64,000 bases of DNA, from NCBI GenBank assembly GCA_945827635.1, contig CALZOG010000001.1:2567-66566 (forward strand), in the 5' to 3' direction. Source of the stretch: an uncultured Bacteroidales bacterium. Its GTDB lineage: Bacteria; Bacteroidota; Bacteroidia; Bacteroidales; Paludibacteraceae. Under the pieces are notes generated by a model. That model saw only the letters and a list, made by a program, of their open reading frames with translations. It searched no databases and was not told the DNA's origin. Positions 46,623 through 56,043 of this stretch are shown here, piece by piece. The translations under genes were made by a program, and so were the position numbers. Position 1 is the stretch's first letter; each line of letters opens with the position of its first letter.

Positions 46623-47464
46623 GCAGTGTCAGTGTTGTTATACCGAATTTCAATGGTCGTGCTCTGTTGGAGTGCTATCTGCCTTCCGTGCGGAAAGCAC
46701 TGTGCCACTCATCTGTGACAGCAAGTGAGATAATTGTTTCGGATGACGGCTCCACCGATGATTCGGTAGCCTATCTCAGGAAGCAGTATCCTGATATTAT
46801 AGTGGTTGAGAGTGCGCAGAATACAGGGTTTTCTTCTGCGGCGAATCGAGGTATAGCCTGCGCAACTATGGATACGGTTCTGATGCTCAATACGGATATG
46901 GAGTTGCTACCTGATACCATAGGTGTGCTTCTGTCCTGTATGAGGGACGATTGCTTTGGAGTGAGCTGTGCTATATGTGACCCGAGTGACGGGCATATCC
47001 AGGAGGGAAAGAAAATATTGTCCGTTCGCGGATGCAAGTTAGGCTACACGGATAATGTGAGTGAAAGTACGCAAGGTGAAACAATGTACTTGTGCGGAGG
47101 GCTGGCACTCATGGACAGAAACAAGTTGGCGGCTCTTGGCGGATATGATATCCGTTATGCGCCGTTTTATTTCGAAGATATGGACCTCTGTTTGCGTGCA
47201 AAGCAACGCGGCTGGTTCAGTTGGTACACTTCCGCTGCAAAAGCTGTTCACCAGCATTCGGCAACTATCGGCAGCCATTTCTCAAAAGATGAAGTGAAAG
47301 CGGTCTTTATCCGTAACCGCGTATTGGTATCCTGGCGTTTTCTGCCGCAACGCCGTGTGCGTATCGCACTGAATACCGTTTTCCATGCTATGCAGGAGAC
47401 ATTGCTCCGAGCAACTTGTCGTCCGTACAGCGAGGCGCTCAAACGCCTGATTCACGATAAATAG
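46619..47464 (+). CDS. glycosyltransferase family 2
   Basis: Motifs VSVVIPNFNG, VSDDGSTDDS, NTGFSSAANRG and FEDMDLCLR. ATGA overlap with the upstream kinase gene. Confidence 0.85.
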   Translation: MSSVSVVIPNFNGRALLECYLPSVRKALCHSSVTASEIIVSDDGSTDDSVAYLRKQYPDIIVVESAQNTGFSSAANRGIACATMDTVLMLNTDMELLPDTIGVLLSCMRDDCFGVSCAICDPSDGHIQEGKKILSVRGCKLGYTDNVSESTQGETMYLCGGLALMDRNKLAALGGYDIRYAPFYFEDMDLCLRAKQRGWFSWYTSAAKAVHQHSATIGSHFSKDEVKAVFIRNRVLVSWRFLPQRRVRIALNTVFHAMQETLLRATCRPYSEALKRLIHDK

Positions 47465-48476
47465 CCAGATAGGCCTGCATGTGTCGTTCCCATGTGAATG
47501 AACAGGCATACTGCCGGTTCTTTTCTGCCTGCTCCGGTGTCAGAGCAGCAGTGGCTATCAATTGTGCAGATTCACCAGCAGGATATCCCTTCGGGAAAAA
47601 AGTTACATGGTCTCCACCAATCTCTGTCAGACTGGTTTCTTTGCTGCATATCACAGGCTTGTTGAACAGCATGGCTTCAACCACGGGCAGACCGAACCCT
47701 TCAAACAGCGACGGGAAAACAAATGCCTGACAATTTCGGTAGAGCCAGGTTTTTTGAGCCTCGCTCACCACCCCTGTCAAATGTACATTCGTAATATTCC
47801 GTTCCGCTATCTCGCTGCGTATCCGGTTGGCATACGGTGTATTGTTTTTACCTGCAATGTATAACTGAAGTTCCGGCAGACGGGACATCATGTCCAGCAG
47901 CACGTGGAAATTTTTTTTCTCCTTACTCTCACCGATGGAGAAAATATATGGTTGTTTTATGCCCGGTACAGCTTCTTCCTGCTTGAGATCAATGCGCTCA
48001 ATGCCGTTGTATATTACCTCAACGTGTTTGTCTCCAAGGCGTATATATCGTTCTGTTTCGGCTTTGGCGAATTCCGAGATAGCGCATATGCGTTTCGCCT
48101 TGTCGGCTTTTCTTTGTACCATATTAAGGTATTTCTGCGTCTTCGGTCCTGTCTTCTCGTAGATAAAGTTGAAATCATGGATAGTTAGCACGTAGTTCCG
48201 TGCGAATGGCCGGTAGCGAGACAACTGGTGAATGGCGTGCCATACGTCAAACCTGATACCGATGAGCCACGGCATAATCCGATAGATCTTGCATGCCTGG
48301 ATATACCGCACTTTGTTACCGAATGCACCGATATATGCCTTGGGAACAAGCAGGTATATTTTCTCCCCGGCTTGAGGTAAATAACTATCGCGGAAGTAGT
48401 ATCCGTAGTTGAGTGCGACTTGACCTAAGCCGCAATGCACGTTCTTGAGTATGGATAAGTCAATCAGGATTCGCAT
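47439..48476 (-). CDS. glycosyltransferase family 4 (GT-B)
   Basis: C-terminal EGFGLPVVEAM motif. 345 aa. The 3' end overlaps the convergent GT2 gene by 26 nt. Confidence 0.85.
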   Translation of the reverse strand: MRILIDLSILKNVHCGLGQVALNYGYYFRDSYLPQAGEKIYLLVPKAYIGAFGNKVRYIQACKIYRIMPWLIGIRFDVWHAIHQLSRYRPFARNYVLTIHDFNFIYEKTGPKTQKYLNMVQRKADKAKRICAISEFAKAETERYIRLGDKHVEVIYNGIERIDLKQEEAVPGIKQPYIFSIGESKEKKNFHVLLDMMSRLPELQLYIAGKNNTPYANRIRSEIAERNITNVHLTGVVSEAQKTWLYRNCQAFVFPSLFEGFGLPVVEAMLFNKPVICSKETSLTEIGGDHVTFFPKGYPAGESAQLIATAALTPEQAEKNRQYACSFTWERHMQAYLAIYRESGV

Positions 48477-49753
48477 TGTACATCTGTTTTAGGACTTGTG
48501 TCAGGCAGTTTGGCGCACTGCCATATTATCAGTATGAAGGTGATAAACTGCGGTTTGATATGCTGCCCGACAGGTTCGGTCATACATTGGATAAATACCG
48601 TCAGCAGGAACAGCCATAGGTAGAATCGGTATTTCTTGTCTATGGGCATGCGCGCCGCCGTACCGAAGAGCGCAAGCAGCAATATAGGACCGCTGATGCC
48701 GAATATTAGCCAGTAGTGCAGGAATGCGTTGTGAGAGTGATGGGTCTTCATCGTTTTGCCCAGTTCGGCAAAATCCGGATAGGCTTGCAAAGTGCGGATA
48801 TATCCGTTGTACATCACAGAGTCCAGATAAGCCTCTTCCACATATTTGATGCTCAAGGTGGATAAGCCGTATCCTTTCACCGGTTCCTTCTGTATCATGC
48901 GCCAAGAGTAATCATAGATAGCCAGGCGCGGGTCATTGGCCATCTTGTCGAGCGATACGCGGGGATTGTTGGCAATGAATACTCCCAGTATAATTGCGAA
49001 CAATGCACCGGCTGCGGCTCCTATATACCAATGCTTTCGAGGCAGTGCGTATATGAGGCAAGCAGCCATTACCAGCACAGAGGTTACCTGACCTGTGCGT
49101 CCGTCGGAGATAAGTATGAGCAGCCATGATAACAGTATAGCCGCCAGAACCAGACCTTTCCGCCATTTGGCAGGTTCACTGCGCAGCACGCTGAATCCAA
49201 CGATAATGGCTGTGTTGATATACAGATTCATTACCATGTGCGAATTGATGTGGTGACGCCGTATCATGTTAAAGCGGAAGAATGGTTCCAGATAGTCGTA
49301 CTCGTTTGTTGTCAGACACAAACCGATACATAGCATCAGCATGACAATCGATGTACCAAGCATCACATATGCGACGTGTTTCAGTTGCAGTTTGTCAGAG
49401 AATCCCGCTATACCTGCGATGCCAATGTACAGAAACCACTCGTGCAGGTGGAACTGGCTAAAAGCGTAGTCTGTCAGTTCCGTTGAGTCGAACCATTCGC
49501 GGATGAAGAACATGGCAACAATCGCCAGCATTACAACATACATCCATTTGCCGCGGTCCCATACGAATTGCTGCCAGCGCTTGTTCAGAATGTAATCTGC
49601 AGCATAACCGCCTGCTAACACACACAGACCTATACGCTGATACGCCGACCATTCGAACGGCAAGGCGCTGAGCACCATCAGTAGTCCTGTCACCGGCAGC
49701 CAGGCAACTATATCACGCCATGAGTACTGTCTATATGGGCAATTCTTCATCAT
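48464..49753 (-). CDS. O-antigen ligase family membrane protein
   Basis: 429 aa, about 10-12 TM helices with a large periplasmic-loop region (Wzy_C-like). Embedded between two GT4 genes with overlapping starts and stops. Confidence 0.75.
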   Translation of the reverse strand: MMKNCPYRQYSWRDIVAWLPVTGLLMVLSALPFEWSAYQRIGLCVLAGGYAADYILNKRWQQFVWDRGKWMYVVMLAIVAMFFIREWFDSTELTDYAFSQFHLHEWFLYIGIAGIAGFSDKLQLKHVAYVMLGTSIVMLMLCIGLCLTTNEYDYLEPFFRFNMIRRHHINSHMVMNLYINTAIIVGFSVLRSEPAKWRKGLVLAAILLSWLLILISDGRTGQVTSVLVMAACLIYALPRKHWYIGAAAGALFAIILGVFIANNPRVSLDKMANDPRLAIYDYSWRMIQKEPVKGYGLSTLSIKYVEEAYLDSVMYNGYIRTLQAYPDFAELGKTMKTHHSHNAFLHYWLIFGISGPILLLALFGTAARMPIDKKYRFYLWLFLLTVFIQCMTEPVGQHIKPQFITFILIIWQCAKLPDTSPKTDVQCES

Positions 49754-50862
49754 TGTTGTGCGTTCAGTGATTTATATACGCTTATTAGATTGTTTGCTAC
49801 TATTTCATCGGTAAACAGGTTTGCTTGCTCATATCCTTTCTCAATCATTGTCCTGCGTATGTCCGGAGAGGAAAGGATGCGTGTTAACTGTTGTGCTATT
49901 TCTTCAGGATGCATCGGATCGGCGTATAGCGCCGCATTGCCTCCCGTCTCGGCAAAGCAACTACCTGTGGATGTCAGTACGGGCGTACCTACGCACATCG
50001 CTTCCAGAATAGGTATGCCGAACCCCTCAAATATACTGGGGTAGCAGAAAACTTCGGTGCCTTTATATACGGCAGGCAGGTCGGCAAAGGGCAGGTCGTG
50101 CAGATATATGAGTTCCACCTTGCGCTTTTTGGCCAGTTCGGCTGTCTGCAAGGCATACTTGTTCTGTGCGCCTACAGCCACCAGCGGCAATTCTATCCCA
50201 GCCAGACTGATTGCTTCAATCAGGTTCTGTATATTCTTGCGTGGCTCTATAGCGCCCACTATCAGCAGGTACTTGTCCGGCAGGGCATAATGCTGTTTGA
50301 CAATTTGCATGCTGTTTTCACTTACCGGCTCACGGAAGCGGTTGTTGCAGCCTTGATACACCACACGTATTTTGCGCTCATCGGCATGAAAGAAATCCAT
50401 GATGTCTCGTTTGGTCTGCTCGGAGATAGCGATGATCATGTCTGCATGGTCACATGCGTATTGCACTTTGCGGGTGAACAACTGACGGTAACCTGCACTG
50501 TAAAGATCCGGATAGCGCAGAAAGATCGCATCATGGATAGTGATTACTTTTTTGATCGGCTTGCGATGAATGCCGAAGGGCAATTCACCCGAAAGGCCCC
50601 AATAGATATCCACACCGTCCATATCGTGCACGCAACCGAAACTGCGCCACAGAGACGGCATTAACGACCATACACCTCTCGGGGAGATAGTTTGCGTGTG
50701 CGCAAACGTGTATTGGTCCGTCGGCCTGGCATAGAGAAGATATTCGTTCTCCGGTGCATACGTTGTCAGGAGCCTGATTACATCCCGGCTGTAATTGCCC
50801 AAACCCCGATGGTTGTGATATGCACGTTTGGCGTCAAATGCTATTCTAAGGGTGCTGTCCAT
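49750..50862 (-). CDS. glycosyltransferase family 4 (GT-B)
   Basis: EGFGIPILEAM motif. 370 aa. Start/stop overlaps with its neighbours. Confidence 0.85.
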   Translation of the reverse strand: MDSTLRIAFDAKRAYHNHRGLGNYSRDVIRLLTTYAPENEYLLYARPTDQYTFAHTQTISPRGVWSLMPSLWRSFGCVHDMDGVDIYWGLSGELPFGIHRKPIKKVITIHDAIFLRYPDLYSAGYRQLFTRKVQYACDHADMIIAISEQTKRDIMDFFHADERKIRVVYQGCNNRFREPVSENSMQIVKQHYALPDKYLLIVGAIEPRKNIQNLIEAISLAGIELPLVAVGAQNKYALQTAELAKKRKVELIYLHDLPFADLPAVYKGTEVFCYPSIFEGFGIPILEAMCVGTPVLTSTGSCFAETGGNAALYADPMHPEEIAQQLTRILSSPDIRRTMIEKGYEQANLFTDEIVANNLISVYKSLNAQQ

Positions 50863-52805
50863 TTCTTGTCAATTGCCATCAGGTTAACTCGTTGCATGTT
50901 AAGGCCGAACCTGCGCATGTCGGCAGCACGTTCGGATTCCCGGGGCAGTATGTTATCTTCGCTGCCTATGCGGTACAGGCATTCGCGTTGTGTTTGCAAG
51001 CCGTAGCACCAGAAGTATTCACCGTCGGAAACACCCAGGTGGTTGTCACTCACAAAGAATGCATAACGGCGCGATTCATTCAGGATGTCTATACCCGTAC
51101 AGTTATTTGTGTACTCGATGCCGAGCATGCTTAGTACGGTGGGCCATATGTCTGTTTGCGATGCCGGTTGCACAACGTGTTCGGGTTCGACACCTGCACC
51201 GAAGATATATACCGGAATGTGATTGTGTGACAGCACCATCTCGTACGGGCAAGGCAGATTGGTTCCGTGGTCTGCTACCAGCACAAACAAAGTGTTCTGT
51301 CCCCAATCCGTATTCTGGGCGGAGTCTATAAACATGCGCAACACATCATCCGCATAAGCGATGACCTGTTGCTCTGGATTTTCAGCTCTGACTTCGTATG
51401 CCTTGGGGACCACATATGGCCCATGATTGCTGATAGTCAGGAACGATGCGAAGAACGGTTTGCCCTGTTGGCTGTATTCATCCAGCTTGCGCAAGCCGTA
51501 GTCAAACAAGTAACTGTCCGGCACGCCGTAGTTATTGACGGCAGCACCGGGTTCGTAATCATATAGCGAGTAGATACGATGAATATGATTGTCCCGCCAG
51601 AAGGAATTCATGCTGTCATACTGCGGATTACCTGTTATGAAACATATGTTCTCATAACCGTTGCGCTTCAGAAAATACGGTAGTCCAGTGTAAATGTTCG
51701 TATTGCCGTTCATGATGGATTTGGCAAAATTGGGAACGAAACCGTAGTGTACACCTACAATGCCGTTGTTGGTGTGCGTACCTGTTGAATAGCAGTTGCT
51801 CCAATAGATGGATTTGTCGCGCAGGCTGCGCAGAAAAGGTGTCAACCACTCGCCGTTTCCTTTCCGCTCCAGATTATCGGCTGTCATTGACTCCATGAAT
51901 ACTAACACCACGTTCGGCGTTCCTTCTATGCATCTGTGTACGCTGCCTTCGCGCAATAGAGGACGAAGTGGATCAATCGGTTTAATTGCCAGTTCGTGCT
52001 GCACGTACGCTGTAGCCTCCTGCTCGTCAATGGCTGTAATGAAGGCGGGTATCTTTATGCTGTTATATTCGAAACTCTTCTCAAGGTTGAACACAGGATT
52101 GATACCTAACTTATTGTAGAATGGGTCATCGCAGAAATAGGCAAAACTGGTATCCAGCGGGTAGCGTTGAAAACTACCGCGTATGCCGCAGAATACTGCA
52201 CCCCACAATAGTATTGTCAGCACGAAGCACCATACGTATTGTATGCTGCCAAACTTGTCAGAGGTCTGCCAACGGTCAGCAAAACGCCGTGTTACGGCTG
52301 TTATACTCCATATGTAAAGTGCTATTATCACAATAGCGATACCTAGAAATATGAGATTCACTTTATCACCAAAAAGCAATCCGGCGGTGTCACCTACAAA
52401 GCCAAACCATTCTGTTACACCGATGTTGAGGTGATTGTCAAAGAAGTGGTAATACCGCGCATTAGCCACATGTACAAACAACAGGATGGAATATGTTATT
52501 GCATAATAGTATACAACCGCTTTTATTACACGATTCATCAATTGCGGGTAATTGGAGCGATGTCGAGAGCACAGCGCCCATGCCGGCACAATGATGGATG
52601 GCAGGGCTGATACGTAACATGCTATCAGGTTGTCAAATTTAACACCTATAAGCAGGGACATAGGTAGCAATGACCAATCGACACCTTCTGTCGGCAAGTT
52701 TGCAGCGCAGAACAGGAGTCTGCAGATACTTAAGTACAGCAGGCAGATTAAGTGAACTGATAGTAAGTAACCAATAACTTGTATGTAGGGCTTGATTGTT
52801 TTCAT
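50841..52805 (-). CDS. LTA synthase / sulfatase-family membrane protein (second copy)
   Basis: Multi-TM N-terminus plus a sulfatase-like domain (NVVLVFMESMTADN..., ...LVADHGTN). Start trimmed to MKTIKPY at 52805. Confidence 0.8.
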   Translation of the reverse strand: MKTIKPYIQVIGYLLSVHLICLLYLSICRLLFCAANLPTEGVDWSLLPMSLLIGVKFDNLIACYVSALPSIIVPAWALCSRHRSNYPQLMNRVIKAVVYYYAITYSILLFVHVANARYYHFFDNHLNIGVTEWFGFVGDTAGLLFGDKVNLIFLGIAIVIIALYIWSITAVTRRFADRWQTSDKFGSIQYVWCFVLTILLWGAVFCGIRGSFQRYPLDTSFAYFCDDPFYNKLGINPVFNLEKSFEYNSIKIPAFITAIDEQEATAYVQHELAIKPIDPLRPLLREGSVHRCIEGTPNVVLVFMESMTADNLERKGNGEWLTPFLRSLRDKSIYWSNCYSTGTHTNNGIVGVHYGFVPNFAKSIMNGNTNIYTGLPYFLKRNGYENICFITGNPQYDSMNSFWRDNHIHRIYSLYDYEPGAAVNNYGVPDSYLFDYGLRKLDEYSQQGKPFFASFLTISNHGPYVVPKAYEVRAENPEQQVIAYADDVLRMFIDSAQNTDWGQNTLFVLVADHGTNLPCPYEMVLSHNHIPVYIFGAGVEPEHVVQPASQTDIWPTVLSMLGIEYTNNCTGIDILNESRRYAFFVSDNHLGVSDGEYFWCYGLQTQRECLYRIGSEDNILPRESERAADMRRFGLNMQRVNLMAIDKKWTAPLE

Positions 52806-52822
52806 CAGGTGAGCAACATGGT

Positions 52823-55153
52823 TTATAGTTGGTCCTTTTCTAATCCTATCCGCAGGGTAAACAATAGTCCGCGCGGAATGCACATACTCATGGTCGTGCG
52901 AGCCGGTATATCGTAGCCGCGATCAAATGTGTACTCTGTAAGTGCTGTGCCGAAATCGTAGATGTTATAGCATTGTACCTCCAGTGACATAGGAATCTCT
53001 CGAACCCACCATCGCCCTGTGGCGCGCAGGTCGAAATTGAAAAAGGCGTCTTTGCGCTTGCCAAATGCATTATTGGCGGTGTTTATACCGCGGGCATCGT
53101 ATGGCAATATAGTAGCTTGTGTTTGTGAGCCGTTGGTCTGAGTTTGTACCTCGAAGTTGGTGAATGCCTGGCCGTCCTTGAATTTTCCGCTCAGTCCGAT
53201 TGAGAAATACTTGCACGCGTTATAGGTTACCTGCAGTCGGGCTATGTACGCCCTGTCTTGGTTCAGACGTCCGGTTCCCTGATACGGCAAGTTGCTGAAG
53301 GCTATCGTTTGATGCGTACGTGGATCGGCTGTCGATTCCGATAAAATACCTATATTATTGCTTAATGGGCCATTACCCAAGGCGCTGAAGCCGGACATGA
53401 GGTAACTCTGCCAACTTAGTTGTACGAACCACTTGCGGCCTGTATAGGTGTAGCGCACGCAGTTTGATAGCAGATACGGAGTTCGTTTGCCCAACTGATC
53501 GGATAGCACATCCATAGGCTGAAGCCCTATGCGATAGTCGTCGCTGCTTTCGATACGGGTGGTGTACCACTGATTATAGTATTTGCGTATCGTGCTCAAT
53601 ACAGCTACTTCATGTTTGCCTGTTCGCCCCCATGTGAAGCGGATGGGCAAATCAAGTACGGCGTATGAGGGCTGATGCATCCATAGTGTGGCGGCGGGTT
53701 GATGGCGCGCTCCATGATTCATATATCCTGTACTCAGGTAACGTAACTCGTCCCATGTATAACTCATCCGATGATGACTTATGGAAAGGGATATGTTGAA
53801 CCATCCGCATGGCTTGTAGTCCAATGCGAACTTGGCCAGCCAGTTGGGAGTAACAACCGATTGACCATCCTCCAAAAGTATTCCATCCAGCGATACACCT
53901 AAATGAGCGTACATGGTAAGCCCCCGCGCCAAACAATGTTCGGCGATAGCCAGCGCCTCGTTCTCCAGCAATCCTCCGGTAAAGGCGGATGATGTCCAGT
54001 TTATAGTATTCAAGTAGGTTGGAGCAGAGGCATTGAAAGCCTGCATGTACATGTCATTACTCCACGTCTTGATTGTAGGATTGAAATGCAGTAGCGCGTT
54101 ATAGCCTTCGGCATGTATGCGTAACCACGGCAACAGACGTTGGTCGTATTGCACAGAAAGGTTGATACTGTGCAGGTTGCCATCTGCATACCAGGGTTCA
54201 AAGCCTTCGCCGTCATGATCCATAATGTTTCTGCTGAACTGTAGCGTATCATGTTTCCATTGGCTTAACTCATAGCTTATGCCTGCTACCAGAGTACCTT
54301 GATTAGCGAATCGTTTTGTAGCATATACACCTGCATGATATACATTGTGCTTTCCCTGCTCATTCTGGTTGTACAGGAATTCTGATCCGTAGTCTGTTCG
54401 TCCGGTTGCTACCATGAAGTAGTTGAGCGACTCTAACTTGGCGCCTGTGCTCAGCGGAATCCTGCCATCTACTTGGGCAGTGTATCCGTCAGCATTGTAC
54501 ATGCCGCTGATGCCGGTATGATCAAAAGCGGTCAATCGGCGTCTGACATAGTGAAAATATGCATGCTGGTAATATGGCTTGCCTTCATAGTTGATGGCAA
54601 AGGTCGTTTCGGCTGTTCCAGCACCAACCACGTGATTCCGGTTGTAGACAGGGCGATTATCTATCGTGCGCTCTTCCGCTGACTCGTGAAAGAGGTTAAT
54701 CAGTTGGCGTGTGCCCGGAGATATACCTCCCATGTTACCTGTGTTGCCGGTCAGGCGAATCGTGCTGTGCTGAATCGTGTCATCCGCAAAACGGAGTATT
54801 CCGTCATGGTAATCAAGTGCCATGGATGTTCGATCCATACCTGTGTGCAGTAACATAGAACCAACACGGCTGCGCGAGTCTATACGCATGCCGTTCAATA
54901 CATATTTGCTGTTCTTGAACGAGTTGCTGGCGATAGAGAAAACATGTTGGTCACCATTGCTCCACTCGCCGGTAGTCTCTGCTTCATATACCACATATAC
55001 GTTGTTGTTATCCAGATAGTGCGCGAGGTCGGTGGTTTGATACTGCTCACGAAAGAATTTGCTATCCACCGAGTCAAGCCCCACTATTGCCATTGCTTGG
55101 AAGCAACATATGCAACAATGTATAGCAATCAGGATAATTCTTTTGTGTCCCAT
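52823..55153 (-). CDS. large outer-membrane beta-barrel protein, distant TonB-dependent-receptor-like, function unknown
   Basis: 776 aa. Hydrophobic N-terminus. A degenerate plug-like segment (FSIASNSFKNSKYVLNGMRIDS). Aromatic/Gly-rich strand periodicity throughout. Tightly packed in the LPS-core operon. Confidence 0.6.
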   Translation of the reverse strand: MGHKRIILIAIHCCICCFQAMAIVGLDSVDSKFFREQYQTTDLAHYLDNNNVYVVYEAETTGEWSNGDQHVFSIASNSFKNSKYVLNGMRIDSRSRVGSMLLHTGMDRTSMALDYHDGILRFADDTIQHSTIRLTGNTGNMGGISPGTRQLINLFHESAEERTIDNRPVYNRNHVVGAGTAETTFAINYEGKPYYQHAYFHYVRRRLTAFDHTGISGMYNADGYTAQVDGRIPLSTGAKLESLNYFMVATGRTDYGSEFLYNQNEQGKHNVYHAGVYATKRFANQGTLVAGISYELSQWKHDTLQFSRNIMDHDGEGFEPWYADGNLHSINLSVQYDQRLLPWLRIHAEGYNALLHFNPTIKTWSNDMYMQAFNASAPTYLNTINWTSSAFTGGLLENEALAIAEHCLARGLTMYAHLGVSLDGILLEDGQSVVTPNWLAKFALDYKPCGWFNISLSISHHRMSYTWDELRYLSTGYMNHGARHQPAATLWMHQPSYAVLDLPIRFTWGRTGKHEVAVLSTIRKYYNQWYTTRIESSDDYRIGLQPMDVLSDQLGKRTPYLLSNCVRYTYTGRKWFVQLSWQSYLMSGFSALGNGPLSNNIGILSESTADPRTHQTIAFSNLPYQGTGRLNQDRAYIARLQVTYNACKYFSIGLSGKFKDGQAFTNFEVQTQTNGSQTQATILPYDARGINTANNAFGKRKDAFFNFDLRATGRWWVREIPMSLEVQCYNIYDFGTALTEYTFDRGYDIPARTTMSMCIPRGLLFTLRIGLEKDQL

Positions 55154-55166
55154 ACCACGTTGTCTG

Positions 55167-56021
55167 TTATTTTTCGGATGGTTGGCTTTTCCGATGTAAG
55201 ATATCTATGTTATATGCCAGCCCCACACGTATCTGGTGGAACGGATAGTCCTTTATTCCCCACTGGTACTGCACGTACGGCTCGAACCCTTGTATATGTC
55301 CTGCCGCGCGCAGTTTGAGCGACATAGGGCGGTCGCCGTACTCCTCCCATCCTACGTAGCCTCCCCATGTGGCTTGCAGTGAGGCGTAGGTGTGCCTGAG
55401 TTGCGCCTGTAGTCCGTACATCACTGCGTCGTTCTGCCGTGCATCGGCTGTCTGCCAGCATAGGAATCCTGCCGAGCCGCTCAGCCTCAGTTCTACGGGT
55501 CCCATAGGTATGCTCTCGCCAATGGCTGCGTCGAAGAAGTACCCGGGATCATCAAAGTGCCTGCGCCGTTCGAACTGCTCACCGCTGGCGGTTTTCATAC
55601 CCAGGCGGATAACGATCTGCGGAATCCATTGTGCGTTTTCGCCCTTGAACCAACTGTTGTGCAGCACCTGAACATCGGTGCTCAGATATACATCGCCTGC
55701 GCCGTGCCCGCTGCCGTCGTACTGCTTGTACCACTCGCAAACCGGCATCCATATACTCACGTTCGCCCAGCGTGTGAACAGCGGCACCTGTACGCGCGCA
55801 AAGAGGTCAGCCGTGCGGCTGCCGTCGTGACCGAAGTAGCCGTCTGCAGCCAGCTCGACGCGTAACTTGTCGTAAGTCTGTCCGTCCGACATGTCGGGTA
55901 TGGGCAGTGCGTTCGGACCGAAGAATGCAGGCGCAACCCCGGTAGGCGTAAACGCCCACGCAGTGTTGCATCCTATCAGCAGACAAATTACTATGTATAA
56001 TTTCTTTGCCTTCACTCTCAA
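55167..56021 (-). CDS. hypothetical outer-membrane protein
   Basis: Signal peptide (M/V)KAKKLYIVICLLIGCNTAWA. Beta-rich. No family recognised. The listed start is a TTG at 56021 inside the heptad repeat. A GTG at 56015 is an equally good start. Confidence 0.55.
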   Translation of the reverse strand: MRVKAKKLYIVICLLIGCNTAWAFTPTGVAPAFFGPNALPIPDMSDGQTYDKLRVELAADGYFGHDGSRTADLFARVQVPLFTRWANVSIWMPVCEWYKQYDGSGHGAGDVYLSTDVQVLHNSWFKGENAQWIPQIVIRLGMKTASGEQFERRRHFDDPGYFFDAAIGESIPMGPVELRLSGSAGFLCWQTADARQNDAVMYGLQAQLRHTYASLQATWGGYVGWEEYGDRPMSLKLRAAGHIQGFEPYVQYQWGIKDYPFHQIRVGLAYNIDILHRKSQPSEK

Positions 56022-56043
56022 CCCTCAACTCTCAACTCTCAAC
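56016..56043. repeat. four perfect NCTCAAC heptads (TCTCAAC CCTCAAC TCTCAAC TCTCAAC)
   Basis: Contiguous 7-bp units that exactly fill the space between the secA stop (56044-56046) and the start region of the next gene. Confidence 0.85.
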
